From the NCBI RefSeq assembly GCF_048593235.1, contig NC_133619.1, positions 650,606,558 through 650,670,557 on the forward strand: DNA of 64,000 bases. The letters are read 5' to 3'. This DNA comes from Sminthopsis crassicaudata (Eukaryota). The notes under the pieces are model-generated. The model had not been told where the DNA came from and did no database searches. It saw only the letters and a program-made list of their open reading frames with translations. The position numbers and the translations under genes are program-made. Below are positions 1 through 12,061 of this stretch, in pieces (position 1 is the stretch's first letter; each line of letters opens with the position of its first letter).

Positions 1-710
1 TACTACTGGGCTTATATCCCAAAGAAATACTAAAGAGGGGAAAGGGACCTGTATTTGCCAAAATGTTTGTGGCAGCCCTTTTTGTAGTGGGTAGAAACTG
101 TAAAATGAATGGATGCCCATCAATTGGAGAATGGTTGGGTAAATTGTGGTATATGAATGTTATGGAATATTATTGCTCTGTAAGAAATGACCAGCAGGAT
201 GAATACAGAGAGTCTTGGAGAGACTTACATCAAGTGATGCTGAGTGAAATGAGCAGGACCAGGAGATCACTATACACTGCAACAACGATACTGTATGAAG
301 AAATATTCTAATTGAAGTGGAAATCTTCAACATAAAGAAGATCTAATTCAGTTCCAGTTGATCAATGATGGACAGAAACAGCTACACCCAGAGAAGGAAC
401 ACTGGGAATTGAGTGTAAAATGTCTGCACTATTGTCTTTCTACCCAGGTTAGTTATACCTTCGGAATCTAATTCTTACCGTGCAACAAGAAATTTGGTTT
501 TACACACAGATATTGTATCTAGGTTATACTGTAACACATTTAACTTGTATGGGATTTCCTGTCATCTAGGGGAGGGAGGGGAAAATTTGGAAAAGTGAAT
601 ACAAGGGATAATGTTGTAAAAAAAAAAAAAAAAAAAAAGAAAAAGAAAAAATTACCCATGCATATGTACTGTCAAAGAAAAATAATTATAAAATTAATTT
701 TTAAAAAAAA
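1..710 (+). mobile_element. LINE-1 3' end (ORF2 C-terminus, 3' UTR, A-rich tail), marsupial type
   Basis: ORF 63-311 MFVAALFVV...CPSIGEWLGKLWYMNVMEYYCSVRN matches the L1 ORF2 C-terminal region; A-rich run 617-650; same sequence recurs at about 6640-7555, 32590-33191 and 36165-36790. Confidence 0.92.
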
Positions 711-779
711 GGTCATTTGCCCATGTCTCTTAGACCAGAAAATCATAGCAACAGACTCACAATTTAAGTACTCTTTGAA

Positions 780-1320
780 AGAGTAAGTGGTGAATGAGGG
801 ACTGAGTGTGAAACTTGGAATGAGGTCCTGAGTAACAAGGTAGGGTTGTCGGAGAAAGCCTGAAGTACTGATAAAAGTACAGTACTCCCTGATGCAAGTA
901 GGGAAGGATGTAGATGAGGATCCACTCAGCCTTACAGTCCCATCTCGGTGGAGGTCTTGGGTTACCCCATCTTACTGAGTCCAATCAGAAACCCAAGTTA
1001 GGATGTCAAAACCCCCAGGTTAAATTTCCCCTATAAATCTTTCCTGAGTCCCTTTTAGGTTAGCTCACCATGGTGATCAACCTTTCTTCCCATCCTACCC
1101 TTTCCCCTCCTCCCCTGACACCACACATGTATATGGTGTTTTTCTCCTAATTATACCTCTTTTTTAACCTGCCAGGCAATGGCATACTCCCACTTCATGG
1201 CATATTCCTTATCTTTTCTCTTGTCAATTGTTAAAACGTTTTCCTTATTATATAATCTCCCAAATCTATTTCATATTTAATCTGGTACCTCTTCATTTTG
1301 TCTGTAACCTCATAAATGAA
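780..1320 (+). mobile_element. LTR-like fragment (putative ERV LTR)
   Basis: CCAAT (~980) and CTATAAAT (~1031); block gttaggatgtcaaaacccccagg...cctataaat resembles gttatgatgtcaacccccag...cctataaat at ~2470-2512; termini and TSD not resolved. Confidence 0.35.
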
Positions 1321-1662
1321 AAAAAAAATTTTGACAGGAAGAATGTCCCATTTTGAATTTGTTACAAGTCTTGTCCCTGACCTTAATTGCTCTCCTTATA
1401 CCTCATTACTTGGCCTGAGAAATTATTTCTACTCTGACCATGGTAGCCTTGAGCTATATAGACAAAAGAATCTGTCTCTGTGACCCTGGACAAGTCACTT
1501 AACCCCAATTGCCTCAGAAAAAAAAAGTCACTGAGCAGAACAAAATGGATTTTCCCACCTTAGATTAAATTCCTTGTGATTGCTTGGGGTCAGACCTAGA
1601 TAGAGAAGAGTTAAGGCAATCTCTTTAGCAGTAATGACCTTCAAGAAACACATTTAAAAAAA

Positions 1663-1803
1663 ATTTTTTTTGAGGCAATTGGGATTAAGTGACTTGCCCA
1701 GGGTCACACAGCTAGGAAATGTTAAGTGTCTGAACTAGATTTGAACTCAGATCCTCCTGATTTCAGGGGTGTTGCTTTATCCACTTTGCCACCCAGCTGC
1801 CCC
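1663..1803 (-). mobile_element. WSINE1-type SINE
   Basis: Reverse complement of the ggggcagctgggtggc...gtgaccctgggcaagtcacttaatcccaattgcctc-polyA SINE; a partial + copy lies at ~1470-1527. Confidence 0.88.
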
Positions 1804-1899
1804 AAGAAACAACTTTTTTAAAATGAAGAATTTAAAAGGAAAAAGATCTGAATCTCCCTAAGATATTGGTCATTAATAGTCATTTCTTTCAATTACATT

Positions 1900-2165
1900 T
1901 ATAAGATTTCTTTAGGTTGTGGATTCCTTGCTGTACATAAGAGGAAGAGTGCTACTGAAAGCTTTGCTACATCCATGACACTTGGCTTTCTCTCCACTGT
2001 AGATTCCTTCATGTGCAGCAAGAGTGGAACTATATCCAGAAGCATTTCCACATTGATTATATTAATTAGGTTTCTCTTCAGTATGCATTCTCTTATGAAG
2101 AGCAAGATTGTAGCTTCCTTGGTGGATCCTTCCACATTGATTACACGCATAAAGTTTCTCTCTAA
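1900..2165 (-). pseudogene. Degenerate C2H2 (Kruppel-type) zinc-finger array fragment, about 3 fingers
   Basis: Minus frame not in the ORF track reads REKLYACNQCGRIHQGSYNLALHKRMHTEEKPN*YNQCGNASGYSSTLAAHEGIYSGEKAKCHGCSKAFSS; HTEEKP and YSGEK linkers; in-frame stop and lost Cys/His ligands. Confidence 0.85.
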
Positions 2166-2193
2166 CCCAAAAAGGGATGGAAGGAAAGAACCC

Positions 2194-2905
2194 TGAAATT
2201 AGGGAATAACCCTAAGAGCTCACCGGTGGAAATTTGCCATCTGAAGCTTTTTCCACGAAGAACTACAAACCAGAACCTGATTCNNNNNNNNNNNNNNNNN
2301 NNNAAATTACTCCCAGAGACAAGCTGAGAGGAACACTAAAAGGATTATAAGAGGATCTTTTGATTACAGTTCTACCCTGTGAAGGTTTCTGGTAGAATTC
2401 TTAGCAGAATTCTTTGTATTGGCAAAACCATCGTTAAGTCCAGTTACTGTGGAGGATTAGAAAGCCAGGTTATGATGTCAACCCCCAGTTTTATTATATT
2501 TCTCCTATAAATGACCTTCTCTACTATAATTCCCTTGCTGACTTTTTTTAGAGAGCTAAATCTCTTTTAGAGTTAGCCAGCCGGTCAATGGCTTAATTCC
2601 CTCTACTCACCCCCCACTTCTTGGGTTTAGCCTGCTTGCTAAATCTCACAATAGCCCCTAAACTCCTTTTAGGACTAGACCTATAATCCTTTATTTGCCA
2701 TCCTTTCATCTGTTTTTCCACTCCTTAATTGCTAGAAACCTCTTTCTTTGCTAAAAGCCCCATATAGATTTAGCCAACTCTTAATAGCATGATAAAAATC
2801 TTTGGCTCTTAATTTGGAGGATGTCTAAGCCTTCAAATTCTTTTGAGAAAACCACCAGCTCAAAATCCCAGTATACTTTTGGGCTATCACCCATAACTTC
2901 TGTCA
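2194..2905 (+). mobile_element. LTR-like element (putative solo LTR, contains a 20-N gap)
   Basis: Begins TG, ends TGTCA, TATA-like ctataaat ~2506; related to 780-1320; no TSD found. Confidence 0.4.
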
Positions 2906-3076
2906 AGGATATAAAAGTGTGAAATCCAATTTCCTTTCTATCCAATTTTCCCCAATGTGTAGGTCTTCAAAATCAAGAGAACAACTAAAATTGTAACAAA
3001 AATAATCCAAAAACCTGGAAAATTGGTCTAGAGAGGGAACTTTTGTGTGCATATTGCAGACCTGTCTATTTATTAG

Positions 3077-3078
<2 letters not shown>

Positions 3079-3130
<52 letters not shown>
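3079..3130. repeat. (GT)26 microsatellite
   Basis: Direct reading. Confidence 0.98.
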
Positions 3131-3135
<5 letters not shown>

Positions 3136-3575
3136 TGTGAGCCTGGAGATAAGGAAAAACTTTGCCTGGGAATGCTGAAGTCTATTTTGTGACTGTGGTC
3201 TGTGTTGGTATTTGAAATTCATGAATTCTCTGTCTGGCTTGGATTTTGAGCCTTCCCCCCAGACTGAGGAAAAGGAATGTTCACGGTATTTAAAATACTT
3301 CTTTCTCTTGACTTTTCTATCGCTGGCCATGTTGGAGAATGTGGAAAGAAAAGCAGATAAGAAGGGATTTTGTTTTCCTTCTTTTCTGACTGCAGACATT
3401 TAGGGTAATTTAAGCCAATTAGAGATAAATCAGACCCTAAAATGTAATTTCTTTACTGTGACATTCCAAATTGTTGTTTGAAGACTTTTCTAAAAGCTAA
3501 AATATACAAGTAGTTGGTTAGGGTAGTTTCAAGATAATACCCTTACATATACACATACTCACATATATACACAAT

Positions 3576-3577
<2 letters not shown>

Positions 3578-3631
<54 letters not shown>
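3578..3631. repeat. (CA)~27 microsatellite
   Basis: Direct reading. Confidence 0.98.
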
Positions 3632-3634
<3 letters not shown>

Positions 3635-3649
3635 GGTACCTTGACTTAC

Positions 3650-3900
3650 CATCACACAAGGAGCAGAGATTGGGAGAGGAGGAGATGAACCTGCTGGGGA
3701 CACAGGCTCAGCCCTGGCAGAGGGGGGGATAGAGCCCTGCCTTACCTGTCACCACTAGTTCCAGGGCCTCATTGGTTCTGGACAAGCCAGACTCTTGTAG
3801 AAGTAGCAGTAACTCCCTGCAGTGTCTTTTGTCATAGAGGGGAGGAGGAAATGAGCCATTCTGGGATATGTAAAAGCAACACAGAAATGCGGTAAGCATC
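3650..3900 (-). pseudogene. LRC Ig-like receptor pseudogene relic (3' half of an Ig exon plus a small stalk-like exon)
   Basis: Minus strand AHFLLPSMTKDTAGSYCYFYK, frameshift, then SGLSRTNEALELVVT-G with donor ag|gtaag at 3746/3745; small AG...GT segment 3650-3690 (GSSPPLPISAPCVM) only 55 nt downstream. Confidence 0.75.
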
Positions 3901-5150
3901 ACCCACCTGCCTCTTAAGTTTATTGGTACAGACTAGTCCAAGTTTTTGACCCTCCCTTTCTTCTCTCGGTCTTGTCCCTTTTCTTTCTAAATGTTTGTTC
4001 CCTCTCCTTCCCCTTTTTCCTCCTTAACATTCAAGTTTCCTATTACTGTCAAGGGCACCATTATCCCTGTCATCCGGACTCACAATCCAAGGACCATTTT
4101 GGATGTATTACTCTCTCAATACCCACCCCCACATCCAGCCTTCTTAACTTCTTTTTTAAAAAAGAGATCCTTCCCTCCCCAGATACAACTGCCACTCTGT
4201 AGCAGGTCTCAAGCACCTATTTAGGAAATAAAAATGACAACTTGAATTAGATATATGAGTGAAGAATCCAGAATGACACATAAGTAGTGGATGACAGGGA
4301 CGTGGTGCTTTCTACAGCAATGGGAAGTCTGGTGTTTGAGGCAAGAACAGCAAGCTCAGTTTTGGACAAGTTTGTGATACCTATCGGCCATCCAAACCCA
4401 GGGGTGGAAAAGCGTGGCCATGTTAGACTGGGTCTCAGCATGTCCACGTAGCCCTACAGCCCAGAGGCGCCCTTATCACAGCTCCTGCTCTCATGGAAGA
4501 GTTAGGCTCCTGGAGTTCTCTCTCAGGATCCCAGGAGTACCCCTCGAGAGTGATGGGATGACTTTCTCTAATGCCATCGGCTCACGCTCTGACCAGTGTG
4601 CTTCCCTCCAAAATTAGTCACTGCGTATCGATTTAGTCAGCCAATCTGAAATAGGTTCTAGAAAGGGATTTTTACTAAGAAGGTACAGAAGAGCTTTTTA
4701 TTCTAAACATCTGTGATACACTCTTCTATAAGGACACACAAAATCAAACTCAGACACAGGTGGCAAAGCAAGAATTCATAGCTCCTCCAAAAGCTTCCTT
4801 CTGGCATGGGGTAGTTTCCCTGCTGGGCTTCTTGTGTAGTCATGAAGCCAGCCTGTTCTTGACTCCCAAAACAGGCACTGCTGACTCAAAAGTAGGGGGC
4901 TATGTGAAGAGCTGAAGGGAAGATGTAAAATCCCTAGTCCTCCAGACACTTTAAGACTTGCAAGATCCTTCTCCAGAAAAAAAAAAAAAAAAATGGGTGT
5001 AGGAAGGGAAGGGAAGATGGTCAATGTCAAAGTGAAGACTCTAAAGCTTCCACGCAAACAACCAAGCAGAGCCAGGAAAGGTTGTCCTGAGCTCTTATAA
5101 TAATAGAAAGAGTTTAGCCATAAGGGGGTATTTACAAGAGATAACTAAAA

Positions 5151-5340
5151 GGGCAGCGAAGTGGTAGAGTGGATGGAGGGCTGAACCTAAAGTCAGGAAG
5201 ATTCCTCTTCCTCACACTCTTACTAGCTGGGTGACCCTGTTTTCTCAGTTTCCTCATCTAAAATGAGCTGGAAGAGAAAATGGCAATCTTTGCCAAGAAA
5301 ATCCCAAATGGAGTCGTGAAGAGCCAAAAATGATAAAAAG
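5151..5340 (+). mobile_element. MAR1/MIR-family SINE
   Basis: tRNA-like head, core gtgaccctg...cagtttcctcatctaaaatgagctgga, MAR1-type tail tctttgccaagaaaatcccaaatggagtc. Confidence 0.75.
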
Positions 5341-5990
5341 TGGAGGCAGTCATTGTAGAAGGTCTTTCTCAAGAGTTTTGCCCCAAAGGGCAGAATAATA
5401 CAGAATGATAGTGAGGATAAGATGATCCAGTGAGAGTTTTTCGAGGATAAAGAAAGCTTGGCCGTGTCTGTAGATAGTAGGGAAGGATCCAGTAGACAAG
5501 AAGAGAGTAAAAATAAGTGATAGATTAATGATGAGAGAGGGAGAAATCTGTTGGAAGATATGAGATGGAATGGGATCCATTGAGCAAGTAAACGAGTTAG
5601 TCTTAGTAAGAAGAAAGGCCACCTCATCATGGGAAATAGGGTTGAAGAAGGAGACATATACGAGTGCTAGGAGATGAGAAAGAGAAGAGAAGAGGGATTT
5701 CACCGGGAATGGCTTCAGTGAGTAATTAGGGTGTTTGAGGGAGAGTCCAAATGTATGTTGAAATCCCCTAGTAAGAAGGCGGGAAAAAGAGCAGGAAGCC
5801 ATTGTCAGTGGATTTCTCCATTGGTGAAGTGTAAGAAGATGGGAAAGGCAGGGGGGAGTTAGTTTATGATGGGCTTTAAAAGCCAAACAGGATTTTTTAT
5901 TTGATTCTGGAAGTAACAGGGGGCCAATTAAGTTCATGAAGCAGGTGTGACATGGTCAGACTATGGCAGAAAGATCACTTATGAATTCCT
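5340..5990 (-). mobile_element. LINE-2 fragments
   Basis: ORF 5350-5937 (-) contains EVAFLLTKTNSFTCSMDPIPSHIF...LSTGSFP, the L2 ORF2 segment preceding the RT core; 5800-5990 resembles the L2 3' region. Confidence 0.8.
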
Positions 5991-6149
5991 TTAAAGGTAT
6001 AAAGGTATAAACTCCTTTAAAGTGTGAACTAAGTACATAAGTACCTTGTCTCAAGTTCTGGCCCATAACATCTCCTTGTAGGATCAGATCAACCACGCTA
6101 AATTAGATAACCTTGTAAGAATCCTAACAGAATGGCTTGATTTCTTATA

Positions 6150-7555
6150 AATTTGAGTCAATTCTCTAGATAGTTTAGAAATGAGGTCTTCATCAGAAAC
6201 TTTGGATGTAAATTTGTTTCTCAGTTTATTGCTTTCCTTCTAATTTTGTCTCCATTGGTTTTGTTTGCACAAACCCTTTTTAACTTAATATAATTAAAAT
6301 TATCCATTTTGCATTTCATAATGTGCTCTAGCTCTTCTTTGGCCACAAATTCCTTCCTCCTCCACAATCTGAGAGGTAGGCTGTCTTTTGTTCTAATTTT
6401 CTTATACTATCACTCATTATGTCTACATCACGAACCCATTTCAACTTTATCTTGGTATAAAGTGTTAGCTGATGATCAATGTCTAGTTTCTGCCATATTT
6501 CCAATTTTACCAGAAATTTTTGTCAAATAGTGAGTTCTTATCCCAGAAGCTAGGGTCTTTGGGTTTATTGAACACTAGATTACTATAGTCATTGTCACTA
6601 ATTTTTTTTTTTGCAGGAGGTGGATTTCTTTTTTTTAAATCATAACTTTTTATTGACAGAACATATGCCTGGGTAATTTTTTACAACATTATTCCTTGCA
6701 CTCATTTGTGTTCCGACTTTTCCCTTCCTTCCCTCCACCCCTTCCCCTAGATGGCAGGCACTTTTATACGTGTTAAATATGCTATAGTATATCCTAGATA
6801 CAATATATGTGTGCAAACCCATACAGTTCTCTTTTTGCACAAGAAAAATTGGATTCAGAAGAAGAAAATAACCTGGGAAGAAAAACAAAAATGCAAGTAG
6901 TCCACACTCATTTCCCAGTGTTCCTTCTCTGGGTGTGGCTGATTCTGTCCATCATTGATTAATTGGAACTGGATTAGCTCTTCTCTATGTTGGAGATATC
7001 CACTTCCATCAGAACACATCCTCATACAGTATCATTGTTGAAGTATATAATGATCTCCTGGTACTGCTCATTTCACTCAGCATCAGTTCATGGAAGTCTC
7101 TCCAAGACTCTCTGTATTCGTCCTGCTGGTCATTTCTTACAGAGCAATAATATGTCATAATATTTATATATAATAATTTACCCAACCATTCTCCAATTGA
7201 TGGACATCCATTCATCTTCCAGCTTCTAGCCACTATGAAAAGGGCTGCCACAAACATTTTGGCACTTACAAGTCCCTTTCCCCTCTTTAGTATTTCTTTG
7301 GGATATAAGCCCAGTAGTAGCACTGCTGGATCAAGGGGTATTGATAACTTTTGATAACTTTTTGAACATAGTTCCAAATTGCTCTCCAGAATGGCCGGAT
7401 TCTTTCACAACTCCACCAACAATGCATCAGTGTCCCAGTTTTCCCTCATCCCCTCCAGCATTCATCATTATCTTTTCCTGTCATCTTAGCCAATCTGACA
7501 GGTGTGTAGTAGTATCTCAGAATTGTTTTAATTTGCATTTCTCTGATCAATAGTG
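6150..7555 (-). mobile_element. LINE-1 fragments (ORF2 piece 6150-6610; ORF2 C-terminus and 3' UTR 6638-7555)
   Basis: ORF 7009-7377 (-) SIPLDPAVLLLGLYPKEI...CPSIGEWLGKL; T-rich tail end at ~6600-6650. Confidence 0.9.
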
Positions 7556-8439
7556 CCACTAATTTCTAAAACAAAATTTTAACATTTTCCCTGAAATCAT
7601 CCAGTAGTTTCCTAGTGATGTGCCACGGAACTGGCCTATTGTAAATCTGATATCTAATATCAAGCCCTCATGTCAATAAGACAATCCTTGTACTCCTCTC
7701 TAAATAATCCTCTGAGTGCTCTCTACAGTCATCTCTTCTCTCTAATCATTAATTCTTCGTCTATCAACTCCTTCCTAAATGCCTACACACATGTCCAAGT
7801 CTCCAGCATCCTTAAAAATAAATAAATAAACAAGCAAACAAGACAAAACCCGGAGCCCCAGCATTGGAGAATTGAAAGAAAACCCAAATGTATAATTATA
7901 TTTATTGCTAGTGCACCTGAGCTCCTTGTGATTGAAGTAATGGTCAATTGCTGACCATTTGTTAGTTGATACATATTAGGAGGGGAAGGTAAGGAAAGAT
8001 CAGCTCTGTTCTTGGAATTTCCCGTAATCTTTCAGTGGATACAGGTACAATTTGTGGTATTCTTCTACATCCTTTGTCTGGGGGTGCTCATACTGGTCCT
8101 CCTCAGTTTGAAATATATTGTATTTATTCAAGGAAATGTGCAGTTCTTATTCACACTTAGTTCTAATTGATTAATTCGATGAAGAAGAGTTCTCACCCAA
8201 CAAAAGTAATTATTTTTAAGTGGGATGAGGTAGTTCATGGGCTTCCATTTACATAAAAATAACAGACATGTAGGTGAAGAGCTGGGTGGGCTTTCAGATA
8301 CAATCTAGTTCGTTTTACAAATGAGGTGAAGGAAGGTGGATTTGCCCACAGTCACACTGGAAGTAAGGATCAGAGGTGGGATATAAGCACTGGTGTTCTT
8401 CACACTGGTGGTGTTCACACATGCCCATTACCTCTTGAT

Positions 8440-8830
8440 AATCTTTTTTTTTTTTTTAATTTTCAATAGTATTTTGCTTTACAAATGTAATGATAGTTTC
8501 AACGTTTGTTTTTGTAAGACTTTGTGTTTTAAATTTTTCTCCCTCCCTTCCTTATCTCCTTCTCCCCAAGTCAGCAAATAACTGGATACAAGTTAAATAT
8601 GTGCAACTCTTTTAAACGTATTTCCATATTTGTCACATTGTACAAGAAAATTCAGACCAAATGGGAAAAAAACTATGAGAAAGAAAGGCCAAACAACAAG
8701 TGAAAATTCTAGGCTTTGACCATATTCAGTCTGCATAGTTCTTTCTCTGGAAGCAGATGGCATTTTGCATCCCGAGTCTATTGGAATTGCCTCGAATCAC
8801 GACATTGTTGAAAAGATCCAAATCCACTCT
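8440..8830 (-). mobile_element. Older LINE-1 3' UTR fragment
   Basis: Poly-T end followed by the marsupial L1 3' UTR pattern seen also at ~29070-29420 and ~61100-61500. Confidence 0.65.
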
Positions 8831-8839
8831 TGATAATCT

Positions 8840-10800
8840 TTAAAAGAAGTCACACCGGTCCCTTTGTGAACACAGAGGAGATGGATTCAAGTAGTGTCCT
8901 GGCGGCAGAGTCTGCACTAGATGGGGCCAAAGGGGTTGGGATGGGAGATGAGAGGAAGAGTCCCAGCTCAGCAGAGTGGGAGATGATGGTACCTAAAAGG
9001 GGAGTCTGGGGGAGGGAACATAAGGGTCCCATTTGACACCTTTGAGATGCCTGTGAGATGTTGAAGATGGGGATTTGGAGATCAGGAGAGGGACTAGAGC
9101 TAGATCTACTGATGTGGGGGCAATCTCCATGGCTGATCCATGGACTCCGGGCAACTGAGGAACTCACAAAGAGAAAAAGAAAAGAGAGTCCTGGACAGAG
9201 TCCCAGACGCACCCCACACCAAAGGGGCAAGAAATAAGTATCTCCCAATGGAGTGTGAGGGGAGGCCAGAAAGATAGGTGAAGAAAGAAGGAAGAATGTC
9301 ATGAAGCCAAGAAAAAAGAGAGTTTTAGGGGGCGGCTAGGTGGCACAGTGGATAGAGCACCAGCCCTGAATTCAGGAGGACCTGAGTTCAAATCTGGTCT
9401 CAGACACTTAACACTTCCTAGCTGTGTGACCCTGGGCAAGTCACTTAACCCCAGCCTCAGGGGTGAAAAAAAAAAGAAAGAAAAAGAAAAAAGAGAGTTT
9501 GAGAGGAGAAGGAGCAGGAGGAGGCTTAAAAAAATTAAGAAAACAAAACAAACCCCTGAGCCCCACTATTAAAGTATTGAAAGAAATACTTCTTGGTTTT
9601 GAAAGAAAACCCTAATGTATAATTATATTTATTTATTCGTAGTAGAAAGGTGGAGAAGGAGGGACATAAGGCCATCAGAGTGTGGGAGATGGGTGGGGAG
9701 CAGCCTTTCAGAACCCTCCCAGTGGAGGAGGAGTCTTCCAGGCAGAGGGCAGGGGCTGCCACACAGCTAAAGCTGAGGAAGGGGCAGGAGGGGATTTCCA
9801 GCATGTTAGCAAAAAAGAGGGCTAGAAGTCAATAGTTTGGGGCACTGGAAAGCAGGATTGTTGGGGGGGGGCAGAGTTCAGGGTGATGTGGACCTGAGTT
9901 TGTTTGTCAGGAGAAAAGAAATAAGCTCAAGAAGGAGAGGCTGAAAGCGAAGAAGGGCCTTCGGTGCCAACGGGCTCCCAGGAGACGGGAGAGCTAAGAC
10001 TGGGGGCCGGGGTAGTCTCTTAGTGAAGAAAGGGCCGCCTCCAGATCAGAAGATGGAGAGAAGATGGCAGACTCTGGGCAGAGGGACGACAAGGGCATGA
10101 AGGGACGGGAGGCTCTGGCCAGAAATTGTCTTGGTTCTAGGAGGGGAAACCTCCTGCTGAGAAGATGGCAGCAGAAGAAGGGACTGGGGGCTGGAGAAGA
10201 CAAAAGAAGAGGTGTCCTTTGGGGGGGGAATTGAGGAAGAGCCCGTGTGGGTGATTCTGTGGCCCTGCCTGAGCTGCCGGGGCGGACTTTAAGAGGGGGA
10301 TACTTTGAAGGTGGCCATTATCGGAGTCCTCCGACATGATGATGGAGAAGAAGGCTGGAGAGAGGGCTGTGCACCAGACGCTGGGCCAAGAGGCTGAGCT
10401 GGAAGGGAACGTGAAGGTTTTCAGGAGGGGAGAAATGGTGCTAGGAGAGCTCTGCACCCAGCCGTAGAGGCCGGGAGCCTCCCAGGCTGGGGAGCTCCGG
10501 GACCTCCCCGCTCCGAGACAACAGGGGAGGAAAGCCAGGGGCTCGGCATCTCGGCGGGAGAAGCAGAGAAGGAGGGGAGGAGGTTGGGCAAGAGTAGAAT
10601 CTCCTGGCAGAGTTCTAGAATGCTTGTGAAAGGCCTGGTTTGTGACCTTTTAGGAACAGAGGTGCTGGTCACTGAGGGCAAGATGTCTTCAACAGCAGGT
10701 TCTGCTCCTTTCCTTGCTGGGGTGACTGACGGGAAAGAAGGGGCTCCGCGGTTCCAGGATGCCTAGAGTTCGGGAAGCGTTTGGCAGAGTCGCCCGCGTG
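8840..10800 (-). mobile_element. Long degraded LINE-2 ORF2 relic, interrupted by a WSINE1
   Basis: Minus translations such as SPKGHLFFCLLQPPVPSSAAIFSAGGFPS*NQDNFWPEPP align by eye with the L2 segment SPQRLFQTFSSLLKPP...SAEDLASYFTEKIEAIRRELP; unusually GC-rich. Confidence 0.55.
9329..9490 (+). mobile_element. WSINE1-type SINE, full length
   Basis: ggggcggctaggtggcacagtggatagagcaccagccctgaattcaggaggacctgagttcaaatc... with A/B boxes and A-rich tail. Confidence 0.92.
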
Positions 10801-11365
10801 ACCCTGCGGATAATATAGAAGCCTCACTTAAGTGAATTCAGACATGGCGGGATAGCAGAGCCGCAAGAGCCATCAACACATGGACCAATATAAACCTGTA
10901 AAGTCTCCTCTGAGTGAGTGCTCCCCGACACTCCCTGGGCTTTCCCCCAGAGCCTCACCTGCAGGCGAGGCGGGAAGGCGAGCGGCTCGGGCCACCCAGA
11001 GCTGGGAGCCGGGCAGCGCATGGCCCACGGGGGGGATGAATGGAAAGGCCTCCACTGGGGTCCGAAAGCCCGCCTGGAAAAGTCAGGAAGGGTGGAAAGA
11101 GCGGCAGGAAAAGCCAAAAGACCTGCAGAGGGGAGGCCCAGGGCCGGGCCCTCTGAGGGAGCACAAAGGAAGGGGTGCCGAGTTTGGGGAAGGGAAGAGT
11201 GCAGTGTCCCGGGCTGTGCTCTGGGTGGGCGCCATGCTGAGAGCCCCCCAGGCCAGGAGCAAAGGGCAAAACCTTGTCACAGAGCTATGGGGGGGGGCAC
11301 TTCCGAGACCCCCAGAAGGGATTCTCTCCCAACCGCTCGTCCCCTGCGTGCTGTTGTCCCCTCAG

Positions 11366-11541
11366 GCCTCATCCGCAAGAACTACACCGTGACTGACATC
11401 ATCAAGATGGGGCTGGCCGCCATGGCCCTCACCGCCCTGGGGGCCCTGCTGGCCGAGGACTGGTACAGCCAGAGCCGGACCAAGAAGGGATCGGGCGTGA
11501 CTCTCAATAAGAAGTTTCCCAGGGCCAAGAAGAAGGTATAA
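11366..11541 (+). CDS. Orphan LRC-type transmembrane/cytoplasmic terminal exon (Lys in TM)
   Basis: Acceptor ttgtcccctcag|gc (phase 1); GLIRKNYTVTDIIKMGLAAMALTALGALLAEDWYSQSRTKKGSGVTLNKKFPRAKKKV*; matches the DYTxxNLIRxGLA...LAEDWHS pattern of GP6/OSCAR/LILRA/FCAR TM exons; no + strand Ig exons found upstream in window. Confidence 0.85.
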
Positions 11542-12061
11542 CGTGGTTCAGCCGGCGCGGGCAGGCGGGGAGGGGAGGCTTCCCTCCCTGACGGGGTCCC
11601 CCGCCCTCTGTACCCTCTGTAACTCCTCCCTGTGTGAGCCATAAACGTTCTCTGAGCATAGACGTCCGAGCCCTGCCCTGTGCTCCCCCAAGGGTGGGGA
11701 TGGCATTGCTATGCAGGTGGGTCACTTCCCCCTGGGGCAGCCCGGCCCCACTCCCTGAGCAGTGTGGGGGATGCGGGATACATTCTTCTGCAGGGACCCT
11801 CACGGCCCCCCACCGGGGACGCGTCCCGAGCCAGCGGAGTCCGGGCTCTGCCCCCTCCTCGCTGGGTGACCCGTCCCCTCTGAGGCCTTGGCTCCCCCTT
11901 TGGTTGAGTGATGGGGTCGCCATAGGTGCTGTTGGGGGTCCCACGCCTCTCTGAACCCCCAACCTAAGGTAGAGGGAGGTCACAGTAGTTGGGCTGCACG
12001 GGGCAATGGTGACTGCGGCCTTCTGGCCCCTGGAGTCCAGGAGTCTTCAGAGGGTCCCCTT

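Noticed and set aside
4776-5057. HDYT motif on the minus strand resembling a TM-exon start
   Set aside because: Not followed by a hydrophobic segment; insufficient evidence
9329-9490. tRNA-like A/B boxes
   Set aside because: Head of a WSINE1 SINE with many copies in the window, not a tRNA gene
10860-10915. AG...GT segment as a candidate stalk exon for the 11366 TM exon
   Set aside because: In-frame stop in the required phase 1 and no polypyrimidine tract
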